DNA from: Azolla caroliniana
Lineage: Eukaryota; Plantae; Polypodiophyta
Length of the DNA stretch: 64,000 bases
Direction of reading: 5' to 3'
NCBI GenBank assembly: GCA_043228905.1
Contig: JBHGNT010000018.1
Coordinates: 4,650,001-4,714,000, forward strand
Positions 37,601 through 52,600 of the stretch are shown one piece after another. Numbering within the stretch: position 1 is the first letter of the stretch; the number at the start of each line of letters is the position of its first letter. The notes below the pieces were generated by a model that was not told the DNA's origin, did not search any database, and saw only the letters and a program-made list of their open reading frames with translations. The position numbers were made by a program, and so were the translations under genes.

Positions 37601-40600
37601 CATTCTATGCAATCCAGATGAAGCAGTCTTCATTGCTTGTGGCATATTAAAGACAATCAAAGCATTGCTAGAATCCTCAAAATTGATTGTCTCTTCTGTA
37701 AACAGCTGTGATAATAAATGATGACAGTTTTCGCGCTGAGTGATGATATCCATGTCACTCACATGCAATTCTACAGCAAGAAGCTTCAAGAGCCAAGCTC
37801 TCTGAAACAAAAATATGACCGAACAGAAATTATTTAACAAAATCTTACAACAACTGATAGATCATTACATAAATCAACTTACCCTGAACTAATAGTAATA
37901 GAATTGAATTACCTGATGAAGATTGCTCGTGCGCAAAACTTGATTAGTCTTCCGTGTAGGGAGAGGTTCACAAGCAAATCCATCAAGGTGCTGTAATTCA
38001 CATATTCTACTAACTAAAATGTTTGCGAGAGTTTCAGATAATCATAGGCCTGCTGATTGTAAAATGCATACCCTTGAAAAGAATGAGTATTTGTCAGACT
38101 GCAGAAGTTCAATCATTGCTGCGCTTGTGAGAGGGTCCACGGCAAGTTCATATAACAGCTGTTAGTGCAAAAACAAAATAACATATCAATTGAAGGAAGT
38201 AAAATCTCTTTCAATGTTTATACATGAATTCTTTTGATAAGAGTGGCTTAACCTGTAGTCCAAATTCATGTAAACCAGCATTTACATCAGGCCGATGAAG
38301 TGATTCCAACATATTCAATAGCACACGCAAACAACTGCAAATAATAACATTATAGTATAATTCCTATTCAAAATTATAATGTTGTGTATACTTTATATAT
38401 CAAAACATTTAAAAGAAATGATTGTATATCAATTAATAAAACTCTTGCAGGTACTGAAACAGGCACAATCTCATTTTCAAAGATTTGTAAATTTTGGGCC
38501 AATGTGCCCTACTCCAACAGTCCTTTGAAATAGATTCTCAAGCGATATGTGATGGGGCAAAAATACACTAAACGTTATGCTCCAGACCTCTTAAAGGTTC
38601 AAGCGAGAAGGCAATAGCATCAACAGAATATGAGAAATTGTGTCCTTGAATTCAAGAGTGATCCATAAAATTTCATCCAATTTAGAACGCACAATACCTT
38701 TCTCAACATCCATCACTCAGTTAGAGGAGATAATAAGTGCTGGTGATGAGGGTAGATAAACTGTTTCTGTGAGCATCTCTAGACCAAAGAAACCAAGAGA
38801 AGTATAGACTACTATCCGTTGAGTGTTTCACATTGACAAGTTAGCATAACAATTGTAATCTTTGTCAGGTCTCATATGCAATTATGGACTCTTGGAGGAG
38901 TTAATGTAATTTTTTTTCTTTTAGAATGTCATAAGTAAGAAAAATAAAAATAAAGGCTAACAAAGATATCAAGAAAAATTCAAATACATAACTGAACAGA
39001 GAAGATCCCAAACTTGGACTATTTCAATTTGAAGCTAATCTATCACATACTTGAGGATTCTGCCTAGAGAAAGCACGTCAATTGCCTTTACCTACCCCAA
39101 GAAATAATATAGCTTATCATTCCACAAGATATTTACACAAGATCAACTATAACTCTGATTCAGAAGAGATTACATAATTTCATAAGTCAACAAGACTTAG
39201 AAAGTGAACTAGAGGCATTGTGGGTGAATTACATATCTCAAGCATTTAATGAGGTTAGGTTGACCAAGTTGCATTCAAAACGTCAACATGTTTCAAATGC
39301 TTTAGCTAGGAATCCACCAAATTGAATTCTTGGAACCATTTCCTTCATGAGGTTAATCAATGCAATAACAGTCTTCCAGTTAGTCTTCCCAGAAATGCCA
39401 TATGCCAAGAATAGTTTTTCGTGAGCGTTTATGCCAGTTAACCCCCTCCAGTCATGGATTGCAACACTAATCTAAAACCTGATGAATCAAGGTACAGAAA
39501 TAAAGTCTCGCAATAGTGAATGTCAATAGTTTCCTTTCACCCAAATATGTAAATCAGTAGCAAAATTATTAAAACTATTGGTCCATCTAACGAGATAAAT
39601 GAGCATCACGATGCATGCAATGATATTCTGCCCATAAAGACAAGATAAAAGAATTGCAGCTGACATTTTTACCTGTAATGCCTTTTTGGCTGAAGAACTG
39701 TTCTCTCCACTGGAAGATCAACATTGAACTTCAAAAGCAAATGAGTGATATTGGGTGAAGGTCGACTCAGGTTATTGATCAAAAGCTGCACAAGAAAAAA
39801 CCAAATAAGTACATTTAACCACATGCCTGAACATGAAATAGCATATAGTTTATCATAGGCACCCCTTTACCTGTAAAATAAGAACTCCAATATCTTCCTT
39901 CAAACTTTCAGGTGCTTGAATTTCTTGACTACGAGCTTCAAGGCAAGCTGCATAATCCTCTGTCAGACCATCAGCAATACCAGCTTCCAAGATAATAGAC
40001 ACCAATTGTGGAAGCCTTGCACTGAAAATTCGAGATAAGGTTATCACATTATAAACGTAAAACAATAGTCCTAACAAAAGTTCATGTTCAGTTAGCCCAT
40101 GCTTGCAGAATCACAAATCAACATGCAATATCATCTAACATGTACCTATCCTTGGCTTACCTGAGAATGCTCATAATTCTTATCGAGCATTGTTGTATAG
40201 CTTGTGATGAATCATACCGTATGTACTCTAGTATAACAACTACCTGTCGGTTGTCATGAGCAAGAACTGCATCCACAGACTGCATCAGAGAAGTATTAGA
40301 CCTTTAATTCACAAACAAATATTTTGTTCAAACACATCATTATTTGGCAACTTGCCTGATACATGGGCCTCCAAGTATCCACATAAGCTGCATCTTTGTT
40401 CAGTGCCATGAGCAGCAGTTCTAAACAAAGCAAGATAGCCTCTTCAAGATCCGGACCATGGGAACGACTCACACGTTCCTCCATCACTATATTCACTCCC
40501 AACATAAGAATGCTCATCACATTTCTGAAAATTGTCTTCCCACTCATAAAATCCTGTTAAAAAAAGGCAGATAATAAAGATGAATTGCATATGATTGTGA

Positions 40601-43600
40601 ACAACTCCTGCCGGTAATATGTATCCATGCTAGTTAACAATGCATATAGCTAACCAATTATCCACAAAAGAACATACAGTCAAGGGATCTTAGGACCTCC
40701 ACATGTACTAACACAGACAAAATTTTTAAATAAAGCATCACAAAGTAGAACCTTCATCACTTCTATGGTTGGCATTTCCGTAGCTTGAGAACTTATTCTA
40801 GAACGTGATTCGTTTATTCTCATAGACTGAAGCTCTGGAATGTGATCAACTTGGCTTCGTATGTCCTCATCTGTTGGTTGACATAAGCTCAGCATCCTTG
40901 AAACATACATTGTACTTAGCGAAGATTCTTTGACACATAATTAGAGATAATAAAAAGAATGAACTTTTCAATACCTACATTTGAATATGCTTTAGGCAGG
41001 CAACAACCAACTGCCATTTCTCTTTGATATCACAAAATGCTCTCTGTGAATACGTTGCAAATATGTGGTCCCGTATAAACCTGAATATCCCAAGAAACCT
41101 GGCAGTTTCCCATCAAAAAGGAATAATCAGCAAATTAGATAAGCAGAACTACATCAAAAGGTTCCTCTTTCCATACAGTGAAAGTAGTAATTATATCAGA
41201 AGCTTTACCTTAAACCTTTATCAGCAGCCTCAGTTTCTGCCGAAATTAACACATTTAGCAGTCTGACATACGAAAGTGTTGAAGGATACTCTTCACGTCT
41301 AGCTTCCACTTCATCTAGCTCGAAACTCATATCATAAACCTGCCAGTTTCCTCTTCAAATTCTGTTAGTATCAGTCACCAGGAGCTAGACTAAGAACTGA
41401 GTGTCATGGATAGTGACAAACCTGGGCTTGATGTGGCTGTGAGGTAATTCCAGTTGCCACAGGTCCAACCACCATTGGAAGGTCATATTGCTCCAATAAA
41501 GCCCAGATTTTGTCTTTCATAACTGGACTTACACCAACAAAAGTAGCTATAGCATTCCTGAGAGCTCCCTAAGGTCCAAACATTTCAAGTTAACTTCTCC
41601 AAATTGCACATGAAAGTATTGTTATTTTTCACAACCATGCATACCTTCAGATATGGTGGAACATTTTCATATGAAAGAAGCTTAAATAAAGGTTCAATAT
41701 CAGAGAACCACTCAGATCTCTCAAGCTTATTTCCATTTTCCATCACCTGCAATAAAATCAAGAAATCCCAAATGAATGTTACAGAATTGTTGACTTATAG
41801 AAATGCCACAAAACAATTCCAGAATGTGAATTTCCCTTCACTGCACAATGGCTGACTACATTCACAACTCAAGCATACAAATGATCGTACCATGTCGCAA
41901 ATTATCTCACCTAAATATTACTTTGAGATTGAGAATTGCCTCAGTTTCTATAGAGTGAAAACGTTTAAATCTTCTATTGTTCCATAATTCTTGAAACTTT
42001 AATGTATTGGGTGTCGATTGAAGGCAGTCTAGGATTGGGAGCCAATGTATTCTCTGACCAACCTCTAAAGGATCAACCACAACCACTTCCCATTATGCAT
42101 TTTCAGTATTGATTGGCCTACAGCAATCCTGAATAGCTTTACTTAATGATACAAATATATTGTGGCAGTGGGTAACCTACCTTTTTCAAAACTTGCAAAT
42201 AAGCTTCCAATGCTTTGGCATCCCCTTCTGGGAAAGGAGGCAACAATGCTCCAGTAGTTTGTAGGCTTTGTTTAAAATGTTGCTCATATACATTAAGGGA
42301 AGTGAAAAGTGTGTGCCATCCAACTGACCAAGAAGTTTTGCTTTGTAGAAGTAAATAGACTTTTTTAGCTCCTTCTTCACTTGAGGCCTGGATCAGCATA
42401 TAATTTGAAAATATGAACTTCCCAAACAATATCATTGTGAATTTTTTTAAAATTGAAAACAAAAAAGATATGCAGCAATTTAAATTCACCCTGTTCAAAA
42501 TTCAGTCATTTTCATCTTGTCATTCTATTTTAATAGATCATTAACAGCTACTGATCTTTTCATTACTTCACACTAAAAAAGTATAAGAGATTTAAATTTG
42601 CAAAAACATGCACTGGAGATAGAATTACATACCAGTGCTGAGAGCATTTTCAAAAATGCAACCAGGGTCACATGGCTTGTATGGTTCTCGCTAGCAAAAC
42701 GAGCAAAATTCCAAAGCCCATCATTCTCCAAGGTAAGACCTGGTTCATACTACAAAACAATTCAAAATATAATTATATATAATATAAAATTGTCTCAATA
42801 AATATTGACGAAAAAATTGCATGTTTAAATACACCTGAATTAAAAGAGAAAATAGCAGGGGAGTAACTCTAATTTTGTTGTTGTCATTAAGAAAAGTATA
42901 TAGAAACAGATAAGAGGTAAAACATATTCAACCTGATAGACCTCAGTAATCAATTCCAGCAATGACAAATATGGTTCAGCTTGTTGCTGAGCTACTCTCT
43001 GTTGCTGTGCCTGTTCATCTTCATTCCCTGAACCGTAAGGTAGGTCATAATAAGAAGAGTCTAAAATAGCCATTGCAGCATCCCGCAGCCTTTTCACCTA
43101 TGCAAAAGTATTTCCATTTTATATTACATATAGTTTGCAACCTCTCTTAAATTCTGAAAAAATTTAGCATAAAACAGATTGACACCTTATCCCTGCCTAC
43201 TGGCTGAGAAAGAAGGCTAGTAATCAACTTGTGAAGATACGCACGGTACATAAAAACCATATCCTCATCATCATTCTGTAGAATTAAAGTCGGTAAGTAT
43301 GAGAAGAAAACTCTCTTGCTACAGCCTACAAGTGCATAAATTATGAGATTAAAATGGAGCCTCTCAAGAAAACTATGTCACTTTTTTACTTTAAAAAGAG
43401 CTTTAATACATATTTAATCTCAACACATGCACACCATAAGTTTAGCATCACACTTTTATCTTCTCATAAGTCAAGATATGGTACGTCAACCGAAGCTGCC
43501 TGTACATATAGAATATCCAATGTTGTTCTTTATGGATTCAAAGAACAGTTTCAAGTTTCCCACTGTGATGTAGCCATGCACATCAAATTCACAACTACCA

Positions 43601-46600
43601 AAATCATTTTTGATACAGTTGGTGTTGGCTGCATACCTGAAAAGCAGGGGACTTGAGGATGTTTGTTACTAAAAACTTGAAAGAGTTTGAATCACAAGTT
43701 TGATCAAGCACTGAAGAGATGGCACTGTTTCCAGAATACGAAGAGTTCAAAAGTGGTGAGACGGTCATGCCTGAGCTCGAAAGAAGCATTAAAAAAACGC
43801 CCCATGCTAATCGAATACAGTTACAGAAACCCTCCACAGATTCATCACCTCCACTCTCCATGATCTGAAACAACACAATGTCTGAGCCATGATTTCCAGC
43901 AAATCTGTAGTGTCATCCATGCTGCATAATAACTATGAATAAAATCTATTGATTGTTGACCATTACAACCTGCTGTTGGAATTCCTTATGGAAAGTAGCA
44001 TCAACTGCAAGAATAGAAGGCATCTCTGCAGTACCACTAAGGGCATCAGAAATTAATGATACAAGAATTGCAAAAAGAATGGTGTAGGCAATCTGCAAAC
44101 AACCACAGTAGGTCAGGCAAATCAAAAGGTAGTATATAATAATCGACATCCAGCAGGAATTATAACTTCATGTTGAAAGACCACAAGTATAGGCACTTAT
44201 AATGTGAACATACTAGTGTACATCATAAGCATTATAATTTACCATATAATGCATGCTCTAATCTCACCTGCAGCTTCACAGTTTCAGTCACCGCAAGCAA
44301 ACCATGTGAGTTATCTTTCAGCAAAGAATAATATTCTTTCATTTCTTGGGGTCCTGGAACAATATAATAGTACAGCCAAATTTCATCATATACTCACTAT
44401 ATGCTGAATGAGAAAATGGCAATAAAATAATGGAACTTTGAAACGAGGAGTACATCTACCAAAATATATAAAACGACATTACAATTTATTTTGGAGACGC
44501 CGTGACCATATAAATTTAAATATCAAAAGCCACCCCTAAAGTGGGGCATGAAAGTTGACAAGAGCTACATAAGACACTGCCTATAAACACCAACTATACC
44601 AGCAAGTTTGCCTAACATACAGTTTTGCAGCTATCTGTGTTTTCAATTTGAGATCTAACTTATCATACTCTCTTTCTTTTATCGGTTATGACGAAAGAAA
44701 TACCAAAGAGCATCAGTCTTAGGAGCAGCAACAGGGTGTTCAAATTCTATGCTCAGGATTAATCTAGCTTTATCATCTCCTAAAGAGGCAAATTGAGGGT
44801 TGTCTTGTGTTTCATCCATAGCCCAGTTTCATTGTCTCCATGATTTCAAACACTCGCAACCACGCAATAATTTGAAGGATTACATAACCATAAATAATTG
44901 CAAATTTAAATATTTCAAGATTTGACATGAATAAATAGGTGGTCCTTAAAACTTACAAGAAACTTCTGCAGTCTAAACTCAAAAGACCAAACATTAGAAA
45001 CAAACCTCTTCAATGCAAAAAATGGATCATATAGTGTACACATTACCTGTGCGCAGAATCAAGCACGAGAAGACTATGCATTGGCTTAAACTCAAGCGTT
45101 CCCTCAGCGCTATACTACTTCTCTGGACAAGTGCCCCTCTTGAGTCAATAACGAACTGTTCCACTCCAGGACCCCCACAGCCAGCAGGTTCCTCCCTACT
45201 CAAATCCTGGATTATAATAATAACTTGAGAGCATTAACAACACCCTCTGGACTAAAACCATTCTTCTACCTAAGTGGCATGCCACAATATATATAGTTAC
45301 ACTTAATACAGCCATTGCTGGGATATTTATATATAAGGCCTTGTTAATTTAGTACCTTGATGAGTGTAAGCAGTCTTTGCCTTAGCCCGGACTTTAGCAA
45401 CCCCTGAACATATCTGTGGATGTCAGCAATCAGGTCTGGATCAAGCTCCTCATCCAAAACAATAGCCTGTCTTTCCACAAACACTTAAAGAAGTCAACAA
45501 AGCAAGCTGAAATATTTAAAGATAAAAAGAGAATTACTATTGAGGAAAACTCTGAAATCCCCTGAAGTTTACTTTATTTCCCCAAATGACCGTGAGTTTT
45601 CATTATTTCCCTATATGCCTTTGTCAAACCCAAAAAGAGAGAAAAGGGAGATGAATTAACCGTACAATAGTTCAAACAACACGTATACTTTGCTCTTTTG
45701 GAAAATAGCAAGAAGTTAGGGATATATGGGAAATTAAAGAAATATCAAGAGTATTTCCAAATTTTCCAATAAATATTTACACAGACCCGCAGCAGCAGTT
45801 GTAATGCTGTTATTAAAGCCCTCCTCTCTGTGAACCACAGACCCAAAGAAAGCCTCAAAATTTCTAATGGCTCGCGGCCTAGTAGACTCCACTGCCAACA
45901 ACACACAAGCATAATCAGCAAGGATCCAACCATGAGCTCTGCATCAGCATTAAAAACAGAAATACCTCTTGATGAGCAGCAACAAGAAGACTGACACATT
46001 CAATCTCGTTCAAGTGAAGATCATCACTCAACTTAAGTGCCTGCATGTAACATTGTTTGGTTGCATCATTGTTAAAATATGTCACAGTTTTTTAGTCATC
46101 ATGCCCATATAGCATTTATTTACTCAAAATATTGTTCCTCCTTGACCATTGGATGCCTTCCTGGTTCTATACCGACCATAACACAAGAAATAGACCCATC
46201 AAAACCAGTAACTTCAAATTTCTTTTGACAAATACAAGAAGCTCTGGAATGGCTTATTTTTAAGAGCTCTCAACTTAAGTGCCTGCAAATAACATTGTTT
46301 GGTTGCATCATTGTTAAAAAATATGTCACAGTGTTTTAGTCATCATGCCCTTATAGTATTGATTTACTCAAAATGTTCTTCATCCTTGACCATTGGATGC
46401 CTTCTTGGTTCTAAACCCAACATAAAACAAGAAATAGGACCATCAAAATCAGTAACTTCAAAATTCTTTTGACAAATACGAGAAGCTCTGAAATGGCTGA
46501 TTTTTAAGAGTTCCACTATAGTTGACAAAAGCATTTTTCACATGTTTCTGGTCCACAAATTTGGCTGCTAATTTTTTAAGGCTTAAGCTGTTTCTTTAGT

Positions 46601-49600
46601 TACAAATTCAGATAAAAACTACACAATTGTTTATCCACAAAAGCAACTGCTTTTTATCTTTCTTTATACCCACCAGGATCTTCAAATCAATAATAATGAC
46701 ATGCACTTTCTCCCACATTTCCTTGATTGTTTTGTCATCATGAAATCAGCATTAGTAGGTTTTGTAGCATTCTTATCCTTGGCAGCTTGCAAGACAGAAT
46801 AAACATCATGAAGAATCGTAAATAATGACATTGCCTTGATTGTTCACAAGTTGAGAGAAAAATGCAATTGTCATCACGAATTCAGGTTAGTAGGTTTTGC
46901 TGCAATTTTCTCTTTAGGAACTTATGAGACAGTAAAAATCATCATCAACAACAACAACAATCTTTAAGTATCTTAATTATGGACAAGACGAATGGTTGGG
47001 ACTAGCCTACTTGATCACTTCAAGGAACACAAAGAAGTTAGAACACTGATAGAAGCAGTTTGTGTCTTCTAAGAAAAGCTGAACACAAATTTTAGAAGTG
47101 CCTAAAAGAATTTAAAAGTTTGCTAGCTTCTCTGAAAATTTACTAATGACATTGAATGGATAATGACTGGCTCAGCTAAAAACGAATTGTACAACCAATT
47201 ACAACAAAACCAGATGTTGGTACTAGTTATATAAGCAAGCTAATTTAACATAAATATACATATATGACCAATCCTGAAAACGTAAACAAAATCCTAGTAG
47301 AGTGAGCACCATTCACTAAAATGATCGTGGTATATTGTTTATTTTATTTACAACAGACAGAATCACATGAAGCTATTCAACCAATTAAAAATACATTTTT
47401 ATTAGATACAGCCTTATTAAAAAATACATTTTTATAATGATTTTGCTTCAGTGTTTATTTCATTCCAAAATATAGCATCAAATGAGACAACTCAACCAGC
47501 TAAACTTTGTGATTTTAACTATTTCAGAAACAGAACCTTACAATTTGCACATCTTGGTCATCTAATGGTGTTGATGGACCATTGGGCAATCGAACTTCTT
47601 TAGCTAGAACTTGTGCTCGATCAGCGGCATTTGGAGGCTGCAATAATAGAATTCTCTCTCTCTTCCTTTCTTTCTTCTCTCTATCTCTCTCTACATTAGA
47701 AGAAGCCAAGAGGAAAGCTCGTGCACTGCACGTACGAGTGGTTGGTTGGGCCGAAAAAGGAAGCCCACAAGAAGATGCCAAAAATCTCGAAACAAAGATT
47801 GGGGCATCAGATATTCCATTTGCTTCAGCGTGGAGGGTGGGAAGAGATGAGTCTAGAGCTAAAGCCCTTATTATCCATTTCATGGATATTGACAAGAAAA
47901 AAGATTTCCTCTCTAAAAGAAAGGCACTCAAGGGTGAGAAAATATACTTAGATGACGATCTCGCTCCAGCCCAAGTGGCACACCGCAAAGAAAACATGCC
48001 ACGAGTGCTTGATGCAAGAATGGAAGAAATACGGGCAGTATATAGAGATGGTAAGGTCATTATTACAGAGAAGAGAACCACATGACAATATATGGCCTAT
48101 GATACCCTATGCATGACTATATGAAATTGCAACGGCTCTCTACGGACAGATGTCGGATATTTTGAAGATACCTTCAAAAACACAGATATTGCTATGTATA
48201 CAGAGACCCACCGGTGCATGGCTAGCAAACTCCATGAGGTACAAGGATATAGATGGGAGACAATATGTCGTCCCCAACCTCAAACACCAGGAAGCACTAG
48301 AGGTTCGGGAGGAGTGGCTGTGCTATACAAAAAGGAGCTCCATGACAGAGTGGATGTTGTCCATAAGGATGTAGATGCACGCTACATGTGGATAGGAATC
48401 AAAAGAGGGGATCTCATGGAGCTATATATTACAATTTGCTACTTTCCACCTGCCTACTCAAGGTTTGCACCTCAAGGTGAATCACCATATCTACCATTAT
48501 ACGATGATATCATAAGATTTGCTACTATGGGGGACATAATACTACTAGGAGGTTTTATGCACGAACCAAGGATGAACAAACAATTATGTTTGACACAAAC
48601 GAGGCTGTTTATGGAGAGGTTATGGCAGAAGAGGTTGGTCTAAAATGACAAGCTCAAGATATTACTGCTATAACTGAATATGGCAAACACTTTCTGGCAT
48701 TGGGAAATGCACATGGATTTGTGATATATAATGGATTATCACAATGGCCTGGATCAGATGCTTTGACATGTTGGAACCCAAAAGGAGGTGCACGCACAGT
48801 CGATTATCTAATGGGATCTCCATCTCTTATACCTGAAATAAAAGAGTTTACTATATCAGGTAGACCAATTGGCTTGGCAGCAAATCATGCATATCTACAC
48901 CTTGAGGTAAAGGATAGACGCACAAGGGATGTATATGCTAAGAAGAGTGAGCTGGCTAAATATCTATTTACTCACAAGACAATTGATGTTTATAATTGTG
49001 GAGTATACAATGGCATGCTAGATTTGGATCCTTTCGCACCCCTTGATGAACTTACCCAAGGATTGTCAAAATCATTGCATAAAGCAGCCACAAATGCCTT
49101 TCCTCACACAACGGCCAATCTCCCCAAACTTGGTAGAGTAACACAAAATAGTTGGTACGATGAGGAATGTCGCGATACAAGGAGATGCTTGTAGCGTGAA
49201 TTAACTCGGGGCATTTATACACACAAACAAGCGAAAAAGAAAGATATATTAACGTCTTCTAAGGCCAAATTTGGCCCATGAGACAATTGGTTTACAACAA
49301 AATGGGATATTTACCCATTCATCGAAAGTAAAAATAAAATAAAAATAGAGCTTAAGCTAAATAGTTCTAGTAAAATAACAATCATGTTCTACAATGAAAT
49401 GGCTTTATACTAGGCCTAGTTTCATCTCCATCCAAGTCTCTCGAAAAGAAGCAGGGGGTCAAAGGGTTTCGATGTGGATGTGGCCCCCCGTGGTCCCAAT
49501 GTAGAAGCTACCCCAACCATAGCTTCTAGTCGGCGTAGCTCACGTTCCCTTATCTTCTTAATCGTTTCTACTCCACGTCAAGTTGGTTTGAAGCTCAACA

Positions 49601-52600
49601 TACGAGGGCATTTGGTCGTTCTTTGCATTTCTGCTTCCTCAAGAGAGAAACCAAGTGGCGTAAGTGTATCCACATTCACCGTCTCCCCTAGTTCCTGAAA
49701 AATTACGCTACTTACATGTTGATGAATATTAAAAGGGTTATGGTTAACACTTTGTAGCTTATTCTCCCTATGTTGTTTTAGCTCTAAGATATACCTACCT
49801 AGTCTCTTTATATCCAGGGTATCTAATAGTTTGGAGAGGGTGGGAGAGGGTCCTAATATGTCTTGGTATTCCACCCTTATCTCGGCATAGGTTGGACACT
49901 TGCATGTAAAGTGATACTCATCCTCTATCTCTATGTGACATAATCTACATAGCCTTTCCTCTCTAGGAACTCTATTAGCCCAACCATTCTCAATCTCAAG
50001 TTGGTGAGATGATATCCAAAGTTGTCCAATGGCCGCCCTTAGTGCATTTCATAAGAATGTATCTAGATATCTTGGTCGTGTAATAAAACCTAACTTAGAG
50101 AAATGCAAGAAGTGTTCCTTATGATCCAACTACCTCAACTGGTTTATGAGAGAGGAGTAGGTGACATTTACTCCTAACTCGTGATGATGTATAAAAGATA
50201 AGGACTTTAGTTTTCGCTAGATTCACTACCAGTCCTCGTTGTGTGCAAAAGTCATCTAGGGCATTAAGATGCTTTTGTAGATCGTGTTCAAACTCTGAGA
50301 GCAACCTTCCATCGCCTCGTAAGGAAGAAGATGAGATTGTATTTGGCTAAATTTGAAGATCATTTATATTGCTTGTTTCTTGGACAAGAAAGTAAAAGAG
50401 AATGGAAAATGGAAAATGAGAGGCAACCTACCACACATCTGACCTCACCTCAAGTGTGGCCTGAATATGCAAAGGTCCTATATGATATCTCGGGGCAACC
50501 TCCTCTTCCCCACCCTCATGGGTCACGCCCACATGAATCAAACTTTTTTACTACACAAAATGTAAGAAATGCCATTGCTCGGCTACAATTTGGTAAGGCC
50601 CAGGATCATGATGCTTTGGTGGATTGGTGAGTGAGCACTTTATCTATGCCCGTGACACCTTGCTCCCATTGCTAGCACACATCTACCTTGCTCCCATTGC
50701 TAGCACACATCTTTAATAGAGCCATGTGTGAAGGTTTCCCTACTAGATGGACTCAGCATACCATTGTGCCAATCCTCAAGAGTGGAGACCCCATGATGCC
50801 AAGCAACTATAAGACAATAATGATTGGCCATTACCTAGCTAAACTATATGGCTCGATTCAAGAATCAGAATTGAGTATATCGGCAGATCAGAATGGCTGC
50901 CATTCAGTTGGACAGGTAGGCTTTTGGAAGGGGTTCACAACTTTGGATCACATATTCACCCTTTGGGCCCTTTTTGAGGAGGGCAGAGCCCATAATAAGA
51001 GGATTTATTGCTGCTTTGTGGATTTCCGAAAAGCCTTTGACATTATCCACATGCTCAGCTTATGCAGCGGCTAGAAGCCCTTGGTGTTCCTACAGATATG
51101 CAATGGGCAATCTATGCACTCTATGAATCCGTGTCAAGAAAAGTGTGGTCTTCCAAGGGTTTGTCAGAGGCGGTGGCTAGCACAATCAGAGTGAAGCAAG
51201 GATGCCCACTATCACCCACTCTCTTCGGTCTCTATATTGATGACGTATCACATTACATAGAGAGATTTGGGGGTTTGGGAGCACGCCTAGCAAGTATAGT
51301 TATACAAATATTACTATATGTTGATGATATTGTGCTGTTTTATGACTCTCTGGAGGGGCTACAAAGAAATCTAAATGCCTTAAAACTATTTTGTACAGAC
51401 AAAGGTTTGTCAATCAACATGGATAAAACTAAAGTGATGGTGTTTAACACCACTCAAGCATGGGTAACAAGATCAGAACCGGAATTCTTATTGGGAGAGG
51501 AAAAGGTGGAATACACACGCTCCTACACATACCTAGGAGTAACATTTACAAGGCCTAGGTTCTCCTTACAAGAGGCTGATTGTACCCGACTTTCTCATGG
51601 ATATGCAGCCCTTGGTGCTCTTGAGAGACAATGTGCACAATGTGCACATTTGCAGTTCCAAGAGCCACGAACTAAGCTATGGTTATTTGATACAATTGTC
51701 ACACCAACTCTTCTCTATGGAGTAGAAACATGGGGACCGAGTCTTAACAAGGCAAATCATTAGAAAGATTTAGACAGACCTTTAGTGTCAATGATTGCCC
51801 GCATGATAAGGAGCAAAGCAACAGTGCCCCATGAAATAATCCGGGCAAAGATGGGAGCAGCACCTATAATCACCGAGGCATTGTTCTGATCAGTGACATT
51901 TATCCAACATCTTTGGGAGCTCCCTAAACGAAGGTACCGAAGGTTGGCACTTATGTCATCAAGACAACTGGCTGAAAATGGAGACATTCATTGTTGGTAT
52001 GCTGAAATGCAGCAATGGTTAGAGTCACATGGCATGAGTATAGATGCACTACCCCGTTCCTATATAGCTTGGATTGTTCCCATCTAAACATGGCCCACTA
52101 TAAGACACACATCGGAGGATGGATTCATCATTAGGCCACCTTATATGGACATACATCTATCCCATGTGTTGCGCAGTGTGATAGGGTAGTTGCAAACTTC
52201 ATCACATCAGTTACAGATTGAGGTAGGCAGATATACACAACTACCTCTAGAAAAAAGAATTTGCCAATTGTGTCATCAAGGAGTGGAATCCGGACACTAT
52301 GTTTGTCACTATAGTGTCTTTTATGAAATCAGTGGGAGATACCATTGCCTCTTTAAACGGCATTGACCCACTACGCAAGGTAATAGAATGAGGACTAACG
52401 ATGCCTAGGACTTTTCTTGCTAGAGCTCAAGAGACATCGGGAAAAGTTGTTGAAGAATACAGCCACACAAGCTCATCCACAAAGAATAATCACAACTTTT
52501 TTTAGCCCCATCACTCCTACTAATGCTACAAGTCAATCAAGGGATACACAAATGGGCTCTCGACCAAGACATAACAAAGGGGTTACAATTGATCAGACAA

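Noticed and set aside
41281-41290. GTATCCTT on the minus strand as a U12 intron donor in NUP205
   Set aside because: It lies inside a coding exon (EEYPST) whose frame continues through it.
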